A stretch of DNA of 64,000 nt from a virus: IMG/VR virus record IMGVR_UViG_3300032214_000801, positions 6,270 through 70,269 of that record, one strand, 5' to 3'. Both the position numbers and the translations under genes were made by a program. The notes under the pieces were generated by a model, which did no database searches, had not been told where the DNA came from, and saw nothing but the letters and a program-made list of their open reading frames with translations. Below, in pieces: positions 33,701-43,379 of this stretch (positions within the stretch are counted from its first letter, which is position 1; every line of letters begins with the position of its first letter).

Positions 33701-36700
33701 GGAAGTAGAAGAAATATATGAAGAAGATTCTGGAATTACTGATAAGTTATATGTAAACGATGAATTTGATTGAGTTGTAATTACATGCTTTCCATTATAC
33801 AAACTTGGAATTAAATTGATCTCATTGTTTGATGGTACAAAATTGTCAATTAGTATTTCTTTTTTCTCAACAGTAGCTAGAAATTCATTGACTAAATCTA
33901 GTTTGTAGTATAGTTTTTCTGGTAGATATTTGTTAGCAGTAAGTACAACTCTAGCATCGGTTCCTATTCCGACAGTTCCATATCTTTTAATTTCAAACTG
34001 TCTATCTGTTTGAGTAGATTCAAATTTCTTGGTAAAATTAGAATCGGTATAGAAATTAAGTTCAAAGATTGGGAATCTTTGAGATTGATTGGAAACTGAC
34101 AGTGAACTATCTGAAAGATCAAAAGTAACCGTAGAATCTCTATATAACTCCAATCTCGGATTTACAGCAGATAGAGTTCCATCAAATCCCGATGTAATCT
34201 TAACTGGGGTTGGCAGTAAACTTACTGATTCCTCATATGAAGTTGCTAACTTAAATTTATCAGTATTGACAAAAATTACATAATAAATTCCGTTATTAGA
34301 TAATCCATAACTTGTTCCTACACAAGTATGAATAATCTTTTGTCCATTATAAAATCCATGATTATCAATTGTAATTTCGGATGTTTGAGTATTAATTCCA
34401 GAAGCAACAAAATTCTTTGGATTTACTAATAATCTTCTATTATAATCATTATATCTTATAGCAAATGATGTTGTTATCGCTGGATTTACATCAATGAAAA
34501 CTTCATCGTTGTTCTTTAGTCCATGTGTTTGTGCTGTAGAAACAGTTACAAGATTTCTTTGGATTGATCCACTTACAACATTTGGATATAGTGTCTTAAA
34601 GCTATGATATACACCTGTTCCAATTCCAGTTAGATATAGGGTTGAATCTGTTCTAGTTGTTAGAGCTATTCCAGAGAAACTTCCATTTGTACCAATACCC
34701 AATCTTACTGTAGATATTCCTACTAGATTTTCGTCAATTTTTGAAATATAAAGAATTGATTTGTCTTCTAGTAATCTAGAATTGACAGTATTGGTGGAAA
34801 TTCCAATAGAACTACCACCATTTACACTATAAACAACAGCATCTCCAGTATTTAAGTTGTGATTTGGAATATAGATTGATTTTAATGGAATGTACTGTTG
34901 AGTTTTTGCTGCACCTGCATTTGATATGAAAACAGTAGTGCCAACACCAACAATACCTAAACCAAGAGATTCTGATGGATTAAAATAAAATTCTCTGTTA
35001 AAGGTATAATTAAATGTTGTATTGTATCCTACGTTAATAGAAAGTTTTCTTTGAATTTGATATGCTGAACTTGTGTTAGTATGAGCAGAAGAAATGTTAT
35101 TAAATGCTCTTAGAACTCTAATTCTAGAAGATCTCTTATCAATGTTTAAAACTTTTACTTGCTCACTACCAATACCGATAATATCATTTTCGCGAATGGT
35201 TGGGTAATTTAGATTTCCAGAAATATTGAAATACGTTACTATTCCAGTAACTCCTGCTGTTCCAACACCAGAATTTAAGATGTATCTTTCTCCAGTAGAT
35301 ATTCCTACAGAATAAGATCCTCTTAGAAGAGAAGATGTTGTACTTAATCCAGAAACTGTAATAATATCCTTATTTGAGTAATTATGTGGAGTTGGGGAAA
35401 ATACTACAAAATTGCCGTTCCCATCATATGGATAAAATTCTACCCCAGAAACTACGCTTGAAGCAACACTTACAGAATTTACATCCTTTCCACCTATTCT
35501 AGAAACTCTTACATCAGCACCAGCTCCTCCAGTATTTGATTCTAAGAATATTAGTTTGTCTCCAATCTTATAATTATTGCCTCCAGTAACAATCCCAACC
35601 TTCTCAATAATACCTGGAGAAGCATACTTGATGCGGGATTTTTGATTTAAGTTAGTTGGTATGTTAATATAATCATATTCACTTGTGTTACTTGTTAAAT
35701 TGTAAAAATGAGTATTTCTTATCCAATTTGTATTATTCAAATCAATATCATTTTGATTTGAATTTTTTCTAAAGTTAATTGGATTTGGTTTTGCTTGATA
35801 ATTTTTACCAATTAAATATGGGAATACTGGCTTTTTATATCCATTAAAATTGCCAATAGATTCTGCACTGGAATTTAAAGTTGAAAAATAAGCGTAAGTC
35901 CCATTTGGATATTCTGGTGTTACGCAATATCTTCCATTGTTTTCATCAAGAGTTGCTTCATCGCCAGTTTTTTCATAAACATAATCTTCGATAAAGAATT
36001 CTTCTGGGAAGATGTTTGTGGAAGGTCTTCCTGCAGACAATTTAATTTTGTAACCAGACTTCATCTGGGTTACTGATCCACCAGTCTTTAGAGAATATCC
36101 ATATGGACCGTAGATAGGATATCCATCGTATGACCATCCAATGATTGGTGAGTGATCAATAGAATTGATTTCAGTATTACCAAATTTCTTAAGATCTGGG
36201 TTGCTGTAAAGAACTCTTCCAGATTGATCTGAAGAATATGTTATTTCTCTAAGTTTTCTTGGAGCATATAGATGAACATATTGCAATCCATAATTTTCAT
36301 TCAATCCAGCAACAGTAACTCCATCATCTCCAGAAAGTCTTGATTGATACTTTCTGAATAGGTTTGCAGTCCAAGATTTGATGCTTGACTTAAATTCTGC
36401 TCCTAGTCCAGGAACAATGACGTTAATAAATGTTGTCCCCCTTCCATACCCGATTCCACCTTCAACAACTTTAATTGATTTGATTTGTCCATTCTCAATG
36501 ATCGGTGTTAATACTGCTCCTCTACCTTCACCAATAATCTGTAAGTTTGGTGGGGCATAATAATAACTACCTGCAACATTAACTAGAACTTCTATTATTT
36601 GTCCTTCTGCAGAAATAATCGGTGTTAATTGTGCATTTGCGCCATTTAAAAGATTAAACTCTGGATCTTTATAGAAATTGAGAACTTCTTCGGATCCATA

Positions 36701-39700
36701 TCTAGAACCGCTATTGGTTAAATGTATTGAAGTGATTTCTCCTCTAAAAATTGGTTGAACTTTAGATTTAAAATCATCCTGAGGGAGAGATGAAACTCCA
36801 ACAGTTCCAATTACTTCTACAGAAATGTCTGGATAGTTGAATACATGAGTTCCAACTCCAACAGAACTTAGGTTTACAAATTGTCCTGTTTTATAGTAAT
36901 AATCAAGGTTCCCTGTGCTTAATCCAACTAACGACAATCTAAAAGAATCATTGTCAACTTTAGTAACATAATATTCTGTATTTGCAGTAAGTCCAGAAAT
37001 TGGAGATCCATCGACAGTATACTTTACGATTTCTCCAGAGTTATATCCATGATTTGAGATCTTAACAATATTGGAAGCAGTATTGATTCCTGCAGTAGCA
37101 GATGTTCTCTTTTTATTCTCATATCCATATCCAGAATCTGTTACAATAATGGAATCAATTACTGTCTTATTATTGAAAGATTCTAGAGAATGATTTCCTA
37201 CACTGTAACCCAACAGAGAAATGGTATTAATTCCCAATATTGCATCATTTTCATTTAAGTGCAGCTTAACAGTATATGCGTCTATAACGTTAACGTTATA
37301 TCTTGCATCAGTGGTTAATCCTGAAATAGATGCTTGTCCATCTGTTCTATAGACTACAATTTCACCATTTCTAAATTTGTGGTATGTGGTAAATCCAATT
37401 GTAGAAATATCTGTTCCAACACCAATCAAATTTGCATTAGCATTTGAGTTGAATGTTACCTTATGCTCTATTGCTTTTAGTCTTGCTTCTGCTTTTGCCC
37501 CAACTCCGTTTCCACCAGTAATTCTAATGATAGGAGTATCGACATAATCAAATCCACGATCTATTAATCTAATTTCCTTTAAATTACCAAGAACGGAACA
37601 ATAGCCAGTAGCTCCAGTTCCCACAGCATCTGAAATGCTTAGAATTGGTGGAGTTATGATATCGTAATTTTGTCCGCCAGATACTACATTTACCTTTTCA
37701 ATTGGACCATAATAAAGAGTGTCTGAACCTTTATAATTTAAAATTTCAACGCCATTAATTAATATTCCAGTTTTACCTGGATCAGTTTCATATACTGTTC
37801 CATCACTGAAAGGTGGAGCAATTTCTCTTAAAAGATTCTGTGTAGTTAAAGTCTTCCCTTTTGTCTTATATGGTTCTATTCTGTTATTTGTAACACTAAC
37901 AACCGAATCAGTTGTTAGATAAATGCCATTAAAAATATTTGATCTGCTTCTTGCAAATTTGACATTATTTTCATCTACTCTTTTTACAAAATAAAGTCCT
38001 TCTTCAAATTTTGATCCCAGAGAACTAACAACAGATGTTACTTCAGATTCTACTCCATTTTCATCTGGAACTATGGAAATTTGTTTTTCTGGGGTATAAT
38101 AGACTGCATCTCCACTATAGAATCCATGATCAACACTTGGGGAGATATTAAAGGTGTCTCCATCAAAGGTGCCAGAAAATGTTACTGAATTGTCAGTTAC
38201 ATTGAGAGACTGATTGCTATAATAAGGAATAGATGACGAAGCTACTAATAGTTTTTCTTCATCTCTGTAAACATTTTGAACATTAGTATTCAGATAGGAA
38301 AGATCTGAGAAGAAAGGAGAGTTAACCTTTAGTGGTTTTCTTGTCGCAGTATAGTTTGTAGTTAACGACAGAGATCCCTGTCCTTTAACTAAGATGACAT
38401 ATTCTCCCAAGATATCAACTACTGAAGATGTTGATTCTTCTCCGAAACTTGATCTAAATGTAATCTTATCTCCAGTTTTAAAGATATGAGGATCCGAGAA
38501 AGTAATCGAGTAGCTATTATCGGAAGTATCAACTACTTCGATTGACTTTACATGATAAGTTGGGCAAATATTTAATGACCAATTATTTGAAAATCTATCT
38601 CTAAAATTGCCACCTAAGGTTTCAATTAAAATATGATCATCTTTATTGAGTCCATAGGTATTACTCGAAATATTAAAGTTATCAATTACTGAAGTAATTC
38701 TAACTGTAATTACTTCATTGGGGTTATTGATAGAATAACCATACGCATAAGTATTAATTCCAACAGGAGTTTTGTCGGTAATTAATTGTTCAATAGTGCT
38801 GCAGCCAAAAAATTGACTCAGAGACTTTGAAGTATATTTGACAATACCAACAGTACCATCTTCATAAGCAACTGACAATTCTCCACTATTGGGGAACCTT
38901 ACAGTAGAATCTACGTCAATTGTAGTTGAACCAGGATATATGTTACCAATTATTTTGGTGTATGGATGAACTGTAAAGTCTCCATAAATTGATCCACTAA
39001 CACTAATATCTCTATTGTAGTTTGCATCAAAGCTTAGTTTGTAATAATTTGCTGTCGATAGTCCAGTTACAATCTTTTCAACTTTTCCTACAGGAGCATA
39101 AGCCTTTTGAATATCTCCGTATTGATTCTGGAAAAGGGTTTCATTGACTAGATCATAGGGATTTCCAGATATAGATTCTACAACTACATCTTTGGTAAGT
39201 TGATATCTGGCATCCGATGGACGAATTAGTTTTTCTTTTGGCTTGATTACATCAACTTCTTCATTATAAAGTCCTTTGAAAAGAATTTTAAAGGAACTAT
39301 CTGTTCCTCTGCTGCCATAAAAATCTTTTAGCTGCTTTATAAATGTAGCTTGATTTAGGGAAGAATAAAAATCTCTTCCCTCAAAACCAGGAGCTATTTG
39401 CTTTTTAAACTTTTTAAGGAATTCTTTTACGAAAAGAACGCTTAAATTTTCTACTACTGTTCCTGAAATATGATCTTCTGAGTTTGAATCGGAAAATACA
39501 AGCTCCTCTGGTTTGTTTGGACTTGTAAATGAAGTGATTCCACTAAAGCCTCTGATACAACCAGAAAAAGCAGTAGATGATTTGGAAGTATATGTGATGA
39601 GTTCATCGTCAATTCTAAGGAGTCCATATGCCTCTGGAAACCCATCAGTATTGTCAACTGGTATCTCAGTGTCAGAAAAGGTAATATCAGAGGTTAGAGA

Positions 39701-39901
39701 CGCACTACTTGAATATTGAGTAAGAGTATCTAATTTATTATAGTCACTTAGGTTCTCAAGAATATCAATTGATCCACCATAATATTCTTGAGATTTGTAA
39801 TATTCAGAAAGAAATTCTAATGCTAATGGGGATTCTTCCCCAACGTATGCTGGTAGCTGACTCTTTACGACGATATTAAAGGGTACTCTTTTCTCTGACA
39901 T
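27752..39901 (-). CDS. gp7: Baseplate wedge initiator, very large cyanophage form
   Basis: 4049 aa; FLSEYY, KDFYGSRGT..SFKILFK, YYQTFSYSLKS and HTAGFKKF motifs; internal HSPIIGWSYDGYPIYGP (YHYH-like) segment; follows gp6. Confidence 0.85.
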   Translation of the reverse strand: MSEKRVPFNIVVKSQLPAYVGEESPLALEFLSEYYKSQEYYGGSIDILENLSDYNKLDTLTQYSSSASLTSDITFSDTEIPVDNTDGFPEAYGLLRIDDELITYTSKSSTAFSGCIRGFSGITSFTSPNKPEELVFSDSNSEDHISGTVVENLSVLFVKEFLKKFKKQIAPGFEGRDFYSSLNQATFIKQLKDFYGSRGTDSSFKILFKGLYNEEVDVIKPKEKLIRPSDARYQLTKDVVVESISGNPYDLVNETLFQNQYGDIQKAYAPVGKVEKIVTGLSTANYYKLSFDANYNRDISVSGSIYGDFTVHPYTKIIGNIYPGSTTIDVDSTVRFPNSGELSVAYEDGTVGIVKYTSKSLSQFFGCSTIEQLITDKTPVGINTYAYGYSINNPNEVITVRITSVIDNFNISSNTYGLNKDDHILIETLGGNFRDRFSNNWSLNICPTYHVKSIEVVDTSDNSYSITFSDPHIFKTGDKITFRSSFGEESTSSVVDILGEYVILVKGQGSLSLTTNYTATRKPLKVNSPFFSDLSYLNTNVQNVYRDEEKLLVASSSIPYYSNQSLNVTDNSVTFSGTFDGDTFNISPSVDHGFYSGDAVYYTPEKQISIVPDENGVESEVTSVVSSLGSKFEEGLYFVKRVDENNVKFARSRSNIFNGIYLTTDSVVSVTNNRIEPYKTKGKTLTTQNLLREIAPPFSDGTVYETDPGKTGILINGVEILNYKGSDTLYYGPIEKVNVVSGGQNYDIITPPILSISDAVGTGATGYCSVLGNLKEIRLIDRGFDYVDTPIIRITGGNGVGAKAEARLKAIEHKVTFNSNANANLIGVGTDISTIGFTTYHKFRNGEIVVYRTDGQASISGLTTDARYNVNVIDAYTVKLHLNENDAILGINTISLLGYSVGNHSLESFNNKTVIDSIIVTDSGYGYENKKRTSATAGINTASNIVKISNHGYNSGEIVKYTVDGSPISGLTANTEYYVTKVDNDSFRLSLVGLSTGNLDYYYKTGQFVNLSSVGVGTHVFNYPDISVEVIGTVGVSSLPQDDFKSKVQPIFRGEITSIHLTNSGSRYGSEEVLNFYKDPEFNLLNGANAQLTPIISAEGQIIEVLVNVAGSYYYAPPNLQIIGEGRGAVLTPIIENGQIKSIKVVEGGIGYGRGTTFINVIVPGLGAEFKSSIKSWTANLFRKYQSRLSGDDGVTVAGLNENYGLQYVHLYAPRKLREITYSSDQSGRVLYSNPDLKKFGNTEINSIDHSPIIGWSYDGYPIYGPYGYSLKTGGSVTQMKSGYKIKLSAGRPSTNIFPEEFFIEDYVYEKTGDEATLDENNGRYCVTPEYPNGTYAYFSTLNSSAESIGNFNGYKKPVFPYLIGKNYQAKPNPINFRKNSNQNDIDLNNTNWIRNTHFYNLTSNTSEYDYINIPTNLNQKSRIKYASPGIIEKVGIVTGGNNYKIGDKLIFLESNTGGAGADVRVSRIGGKDVNSVSVASSVVSGVEFYPYDGNGNFVVFSPTPHNYSNKDIITVSGLSTTSSLLRGSYSVGISTGERYILNSGVGTAGVTGIVTYFNISGNLNYPTIRENDIIGIGSEQVKVLNIDKRSSRIRVLRAFNNISSAHTNTSSAYQIQRKLSINVGYNTTFNYTFNREFYFNPSESLGLGIVGVGTTVFISNAGAAKTQQYIPLKSIYIPNHNLNTGDAVVYSVNGGSSIGISTNTVNSRLLEDKSILYISKIDENLVGISTVRLGIGTNGSFSGIALTTRTDSTLYLTGIGTGVYHSFKTLYPNVVSGSIQRNLVTVSTAQTHGLKNNDEVFIDVNPAITTSFAIRYNDYNRRLLVNPKNFVASGINTQTSEITIDNHGFYNGQKIIHTCVGTSYGLSNNGIYYVIFVNTDKFKLATSYEESVSLLPTPVKITSGFDGTLSAVNPRLELYRDSTVTFDLSDSSLSVSNQSQRFPIFELNFYTDSNFTKKFESTQTDRQFEIKRYGTVGIGTDARVVLTANKYLPEKLYYKLDLVNEFLATVEKKEILIDNFVPSNNEINLIPSLYNGKHVITTQSNSSFTYNLSVIPESSSYISSTSTIKYETESTYASGAISGLLIKSGGNNYYSLPGISTVLTTENGTGAVLKAYSKSIGNLKTTTIENIGFDFPSDSTLSPTTKLPQICTIESFATIENIGVTSFGRGYTVSPKLILLDGKTNKVVPEVDLRYNLGDGKVTILKNTNGINNTTPKIIPIQNSNGVGISTIRYNSTNKTAAVTLSVGFSTEQSFPFSANDKVLIENVSVGVGSTGIGYNSSNYGYEFFKILSVAENRGGIGIVTFSLDGFLKEGEIPGTFDPANSSGKIIAEKNLPQFSVSVKPTDFYNGEPIVSVASTSMTGVVQNWDNKTGTLKVSTVDKVYAGTIVKGLISGSLAQINSIEEFNSQYGLNYYSKIRNGWENETGFLNDILQRIPDNEYYQTFSYSLKSKIDFNTWEDVVSTLNHTAGFKKFADLQMESTLPYYDQESMVVEIPSNSPGVEVIVNIDSVVDINCVSDYDIVRENVLNVDGKIISDEIIFVNRVLTDYSESVGNRVLLIDDISDQFNSNPRVTRFGEVARFSVQGVTSKKIIALIRDKRYVNQRQLIMLDLLKDEYFSYMNQYARVESSYDMGTFDFVVDGTDGVINFYPTNYEYDDFDVTCLFFNLTDAVSGIGSRDFGDVVKIVTGSNSASVGSPCNVVSIASSFTSVKGIVNVIGDNGEHYFTEYNAIRKGSQIEFLEYGGLNNNSLSFYSSGSIGTFYPYISGSNFNIDFIPYSGIGVTSNSLNIAIGNTNTSGIGTYDLQYARLQSNYISIASSATPTENVVATFSNLYGGAYYITQVTDKNTGDVYSSEISSIINDSESYYVEYADLQTNSGLGTFGVNLSGTDAQLTFTPVPNTDVEVRIFANALKFVETSPLESLINLGNASIETRYGLYRSSITDVKREFDLTYRSIPIFEKSFDTQTNIDYAANVINLPNHFFVTGEELVYTNPGAGTSLAIGIGTTTITGIGITNKLPSSVFVVKLNETQLKLAATAEDSLNVDPNTFDLVSGIGTHFFTSKKQNSKVIICLDNIIQSPIVGTAITSSLSKNAFISDDLLYFSGITSFFGGDLIKIDDEIMRIRGVGIGSTNAVLVQRPWMGSDVVGHSTGSPITKVTGTYNIVGNKLNFVEAPYGNIPIGAPTNPPDQRDYVGITTRSKFHGRTFLRSAYPGTSLEAYYNNYIFDDISSEFDSEKKLFSIRSNKSNITGIATENAIVLVNDIFQGPGLSYDYTLSENSGITSITFTGTASSVSYDPNVGSVPIGGIIISVGSTSGFGYQPLVSAGGTAIVSIAGTIQSISVGNTGSGYRAGIQTVRVGVTTSSLETPNIFYVGTANITNGHVVSVAVTNPGTGYTSTNPPHVIFDSPLSYSNVPLVYSSISSGNGSSATVDIVVGQGSSVIDFTLNNLGYGYGQGEVLTVLVGGTTGIPTTSSANFKEFSLTIDSTYRDKFSGWSIGELQVLDDFADLFDGIRRKFQIKSNGEILSIRASKGSKIDIKSTLLLFVNNILQIPGEAYEFDGGSVITFTEPPKSGYTMKLLFYKGTGSIDVIDKDIIESVKIGDELTIGYDSYLGQSSFLQEDYRSVIDVTSINTVDTNVYFGPGNTTDETLTRPVTWCRQTEDKIVNEKEIAKDRDLYEPLIYPATNVIQTVSAGTTTIYIESVKSFFDPYNENKISLNFQNNVTMYSQEEKVSAAATAVVSAAGTISAIVISNGGYGYVNSPVVKIGNPLGFGVSNPATTYVNGSETIVGLGTTATATSSISSGIVTTITISNAGTGYTFTNPPVVLIESPEINIKKLSNISYQGDFGMIVGIASTSVVGIASTALKFNFYIPPDSVLRSDAIVGAAITISQISQGDYFVLSDSNLGFNTSIKSLRSDGSVVGVGTTFIDNVYQVVSSSTALTNIIGFGNIYTKEVVVSVNTFNNYDFRSRTFDSSSITFDSTRMTFDAEIINEIGNFSWGRIPVSSFVPIEPFNFYNQNGITGIKTSALVTRTNPLKYRNYKT

Positions 39902-39902
39902 T

Positions 39903-41828
39903 TTATGCTCTTACTAAAATCCCATTTTTGTAGCTTGACGATGTAATATAGGTGGTTCCAGATGGATCAGCTCCAGAAGAAATTCTATCCGCAACCATTT
40001 CAAATGTACTCATACTTATATCTAGTTGTAAATAAAGATCCTGTAATCCAATAACATCATTTGACTGAGGAACTACAGAGATTTCTATTGTTGGTTGTCC
40101 ATTTTTTTCTGGAGCAGATATAACATTAACTGGATTTAACGTGATAATTCCATTAACGTAATCAATTTTTCCCACATTTCTTTGTAAAATTGATACATCA
40201 GTTGATAATGGAGAATCTACAGTAAAGAAGAATATTGATCCAGTATTCTGATTAGTATCTGGGAAATCACCCAGATAGACAGTGGAATTAAATCCTGCAA
40301 TGTTAAATCCAGTAGATTTGATATTGTATCCATTTGGATTTTTAATGTGGAATTTATTTCCAAATCCAATTTGATATTCTGCAAAACTATTTAAGACAAC
40401 TCTCAAATCTCTTCTCATCTGAATTTTTGTGATGTTTGAAGTGATTGAGTCGTGACTATCATCAATAGTTTTCAAAAACTTACTGTATTTGAATCTTGCA
40501 CCATACTTATTCAGTTCAGAAGATTCTGCATATTTTGTAATATTACCTTGAACAACTGAAGATACGTATGAAGAACTAGGAGAAAGGTTCGTATTATAGT
40601 AAACCTGTGATTCTGCTTCAATATAAAGGTATTTTAGATCAAGAATCTCAGGAACAATTCCTGCTACGCTATATTTTTTAAGATCTCTACGAATATTATC
40701 TTTTACAATATTGGGTAAGAAATCTCCAGTCTTGGGTTTAATACTAATAAACACCTTTCCATATTGTGGAGGAACAACTTCTTCTCCACCAAAGACGGAG
40801 ATTGATTCTGTTTCTGGATAGATTTTTGCAGGAATCAGTGTTTCATAGTCATTCGTAGTAACTGCTCTATTCTGTGATGCGTAGATACGGGGAGCATATT
40901 TTTTAACGGATTCTACTGATTCGATCATCTCACCACCTTTAGATGAGATATCGGTGGTAATCAGAGATATACCAGAAGTTACAACATATTCTTCGCCATT
41001 TCTTGTATATACAAGTCTTCCACTAAATGAGAATCTATCAATACCATTAGCACTATCGCCATGATTTATGAGATAAGATACTTCAATATAATTACCATCT
41101 TCCAGTTTCTTACCAAAGATGTCATCTCCAAAAATCAATTCATATCTTTCATCATCAACTTCTTGAATGAAATATACTTTAGATTGTCCGTTAATATCAA
41201 ACAAACTATCTTGAAGATTATATTTAACTGAGATATTAGAATTTGCGCTACTTCTTACTAAGACTTTAATCTGATCAGAATCAACCCCAGAGTTATTTAA
41301 AACGAATCTCTGATTTGGTTGTCTGGAGGTATAGGTAAAGAATTGATCAATAACATTACCTTCATAGACTCTGATGTTTGAAAATAATGCAATATTATCA
41401 ACAACAGGAACAGTAATATCATCTAAGATTGAAAAGACATATGATGAGTTTCCAAACTGTGCTGCAGTTGCGGCTACAATTCCTTTTTGTAAAGTGATTG
41501 TAGATGGTGTTGGAAAAATATCTGTAGTATCTACAAAGAATGTTACAGTTGCAGATGCTGCTTTCTTGGAACGAGGTACATAGCCAATATTTCTTGCTAG
41601 AGAAACAACATTCTCCCTTAGAGTCGCACTATCAATGAAGATTTCATTCGTAACCATGTTGGCATTATACGACGTAATATACGTGTTATATGCCAATAGA
41701 TCTAAAATCGTCGAAAGATTCGATCCTTCAAAATCATAATCTGTGAAATTTGAGTTAGATTTTAAATAATCACGGAGCGTTGCCTTGATTTGATCAAAAT
41801 CTAAACTTGTGAAATTTTGTAATGCCAT
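39903..41828 (-). CDS. gp6: Baseplate wedge subunit
   Basis: LDFDQIK, FTDYDFEGS, DSATLRENVVSLAR and QNRAVTTNDY motifs. Confidence 0.96.
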   Translation of the reverse strand: MALQNFTSLDFDQIKATLRDYLKSNSNFTDYDFEGSNLSTILDLLAYNTYITSYNANMVTNEIFIDSATLRENVVSLARNIGYVPRSKKAASATVTFFVDTTDIFPTPSTITLQKGIVAATAAQFGNSSYVFSILDDITVPVVDNIALFSNIRVYEGNVIDQFFTYTSRQPNQRFVLNNSGVDSDQIKVLVRSSANSNISVKYNLQDSLFDINGQSKVYFIQEVDDERYELIFGDDIFGKKLEDGNYIEVSYLINHGDSANGIDRFSFSGRLVYTRNGEEYVVTSGISLITTDISSKGGEMIESVESVKKYAPRIYASQNRAVTTNDYETLIPAKIYPETESISVFGGEEVVPPQYGKVFISIKPKTGDFLPNIVKDNIRRDLKKYSVAGIVPEILDLKYLYIEAESQVYYNTNLSPSSSYVSSVVQGNITKYAESSELNKYGARFKYSKFLKTIDDSHDSITSNITKIQMRRDLRVVLNSFAEYQIGFGNKFHIKNPNGYNIKSTGFNIAGFNSTVYLGDFPDTNQNTGSIFFFTVDSPLSTDVSILQRNVGKIDYVNGIITLNPVNVISAPEKNGQPTIEISVVPQSNDVIGLQDLYLQLDISMSTFEMVADRISSGADPSGTTYITSSSYKNGILVRA

Positions 41829-42230
41829 TTATCTTGTGGGAAGAAGAGCAAACTCTAGCTGTTGCGGAGGAATATTCGCTCCAATAATCTCATATTGTAC
41901 AATTACGTTAAAATTATAATCGTCATACTGTGGTTCCACAGTTATATCAATTAATTTAACTCTTGGTTCATAATTTTCAATTGAATTTTTGATTTCGTCC
42001 CGTATTGCGAGTGCAGAAAAATCATCTATATTCTCAAAAAGAGATGCAGAAATATTAGATCCAAAATTTGGATTAAAAAATTTCTCTCCAGGAAGGGTAA
42101 ATACAATATTTCTTACTGAACGAGCAATTGCATTCGCATCTTTAATGCCAATCAAGTCATTATTCAGGGGATTATCCTGAAATGACATGCTCAGATCTCT
42201 AAAACCTTGACTTACCCTTTCTAAAGGCAT
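41829..42230 (-). CDS. gp25: Baseplate wedge subunit
   Basis: AIARSVRNIVFT.PGEKFFNPNFGS and IENYEPRV motifs. Confidence 0.94.
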   Translation of the reverse strand: MPLERVSQGFRDLSMSFQDNPLNNDLIGIKDANAIARSVRNIVFTLPGEKFFNPNFGSNISASLFENIDDFSALAIRDEIKNSIENYEPRVKLIDITVEPQYDDYNFNVIVQYEIIGANIPPQQLEFALLPTR

Positions 42231-42270
42231 TTAAATGATTGAAATATAATAATTATAACTTATTTATTCA

Positions 42271-42513
42271 CTATCTTTTAGATTCATAAATTGGTTCTGT
42301 ACCATATTCCCAGTCATCATAGTCTTCATCATTGCGAATTCTTTCATGAATTTCATTTTGATGATAGAAATCATGCTTTTTGGGAGTAATATTATCATTT
42401 GCAATCTCACGAAGCATTGATCTACTGTCAATAGAACCGTAATCGGTTGCTAATTTGTCTGTTCCCCACATTTGGTGCATGTAGTCTGAACTACGATCCG
42501 AAGGTTTTCCCAT
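42271..42513 (-). CDS. Hypothetical acidic protein
   Basis: 80-aa ORF with CAGGAG RBS. Confidence 0.75.
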   Translation of the reverse strand: MGKPSDRSSDYMHQMWGTDKLATDYGSIDSRSMLREIANDNITPKKHDFYHQNEIHERIRNDEDYDDWEYGTEPIYESKR

Positions 42514-43165
42514 TTTGCTCTCCTGATTTAGTAAAATCAGAACTTTTTACGGGGTTGCTATCCCGTGAATCAATATAAAATCCTCTTCTCAAGTAGTCTT
42601 CATCTTTAATAAAGGTAAAATTATCTATCTCCTTAATCTTTTCTCCTTTCCAAACTGGAATTGCAACAGAATTACCATAGCGAAAGTCTGGATTTCTGCG
42701 AAAGTGTACTTCAATGAGTTTATTGCCAATGAATTCACAGTTAATCCACTCATAGTTTCCTTTCAAATTATTTAAAATCTCTGGAAACTTTATCTTTCTT
42801 TGAATTTTAGTCCACTTCTTCCATTTATACAATGGATGATTACAATCTCTTTCACCTAGAATTACAAGTTCTGCATTCTTCTGATAAAAGTCTACACTTA
42901 TATGTTCACCTTTAAAGCGTTGACACCAAAATTCTGATGGATGAAAGTGATCAGTACAATTCCAAATCCATTCGATACGAGAAAAACGTCCCATGCCCAA
43001 TAGATTAATTGATGGACGGACTACATAATGATCTGGAAAGGGAACGGGACACCCTACAGCGCCACACAGATACCCCAGACGGCGCGATAGAAACAACTTG
43101 TTATATACCCATAAATCCTCATCATGTATCGAATTCCATTCATCATAAGAATCTAAATGATACAT
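42491..43165 (-). CDS. ATP-grasp-like protein
   Basis: YVVRP...GMG, FWCQRFKGEHISVD and NCEFIGNKLIEVHFR follow the ATP-grasp motif order. Confidence 0.55.
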   Translation of the reverse strand: MYHLDSYDEWNSIHDEDLWVYNKLFLSRRLGYLCGAVGCPVPFPDHYVVRPSINLLGMGRFSRIEWIWNCTDHFHPSEFWCQRFKGEHISVDFYQKNAELVILGERDCNHPLYKWKKWTKIQRKIKFPEILNNLKGNYEWINCEFIGNKLIEVHFRRNPDFRYGNSVAIPVWKGEKIKEIDNFTFIKDEDYLRRGFYIDSRDSNPVKSSDFTKSGEQNGKTFGS

Positions 43166-43199
43166 ACCAATTTCTGTATGTCTATTATATCTAGATACA

Positions 43200-43226
43200 A
43201 AAAAAGGGAACTCTAAGGTTCCCTTT
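43200..43226 (-). terminator. Rho-independent terminator
   Basis: AAAGGGAAC-6nt-GTTCCCTTT hairpin with a U-tract on the minus strand. Confidence 0.8.
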
Positions 43227-43234
43227 ACTCTTAT

Positions 43235-43378
43235 TTACCGTGTACCTTGTCCCCGATACTTTTTCTTACGTCCATTGCGAGATGTCGCTGAGAGTAAAGT
43301 ACGAGCAGAACGTCCCTGACGAGTTTTCTTAGGCGCTCCTGATTGAAACTCAACCTTACTCGATCCACCTTTTGCCAT
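43235..43378 (-). CDS. 47-aa Arg/Lys/Gly-rich peptide
   Basis: Manual ORF MAKGGSSKVEFQSGAPKKTRQGRSARTLLSATSRNGRKKKYRGQGTR; GGAGG RBS. Confidence 0.7.
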   Translation of the reverse strand: MAKGGSSKVEFQSGAPKKTRQGRSARTLLSATSRNGRKKKYRGQGTR

Positions 43379-43379
43379 T

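Noticed and set aside
16520-39901. Inteins, introns or stop-codon recoding in the giant genes
   Set aside because: Frames are uninterrupted under the standard code; no intein splice or LAGLIDADG motifs were seen; size is explained by Gly-rich beta repeats typical of cyanomyovirus baseplates.
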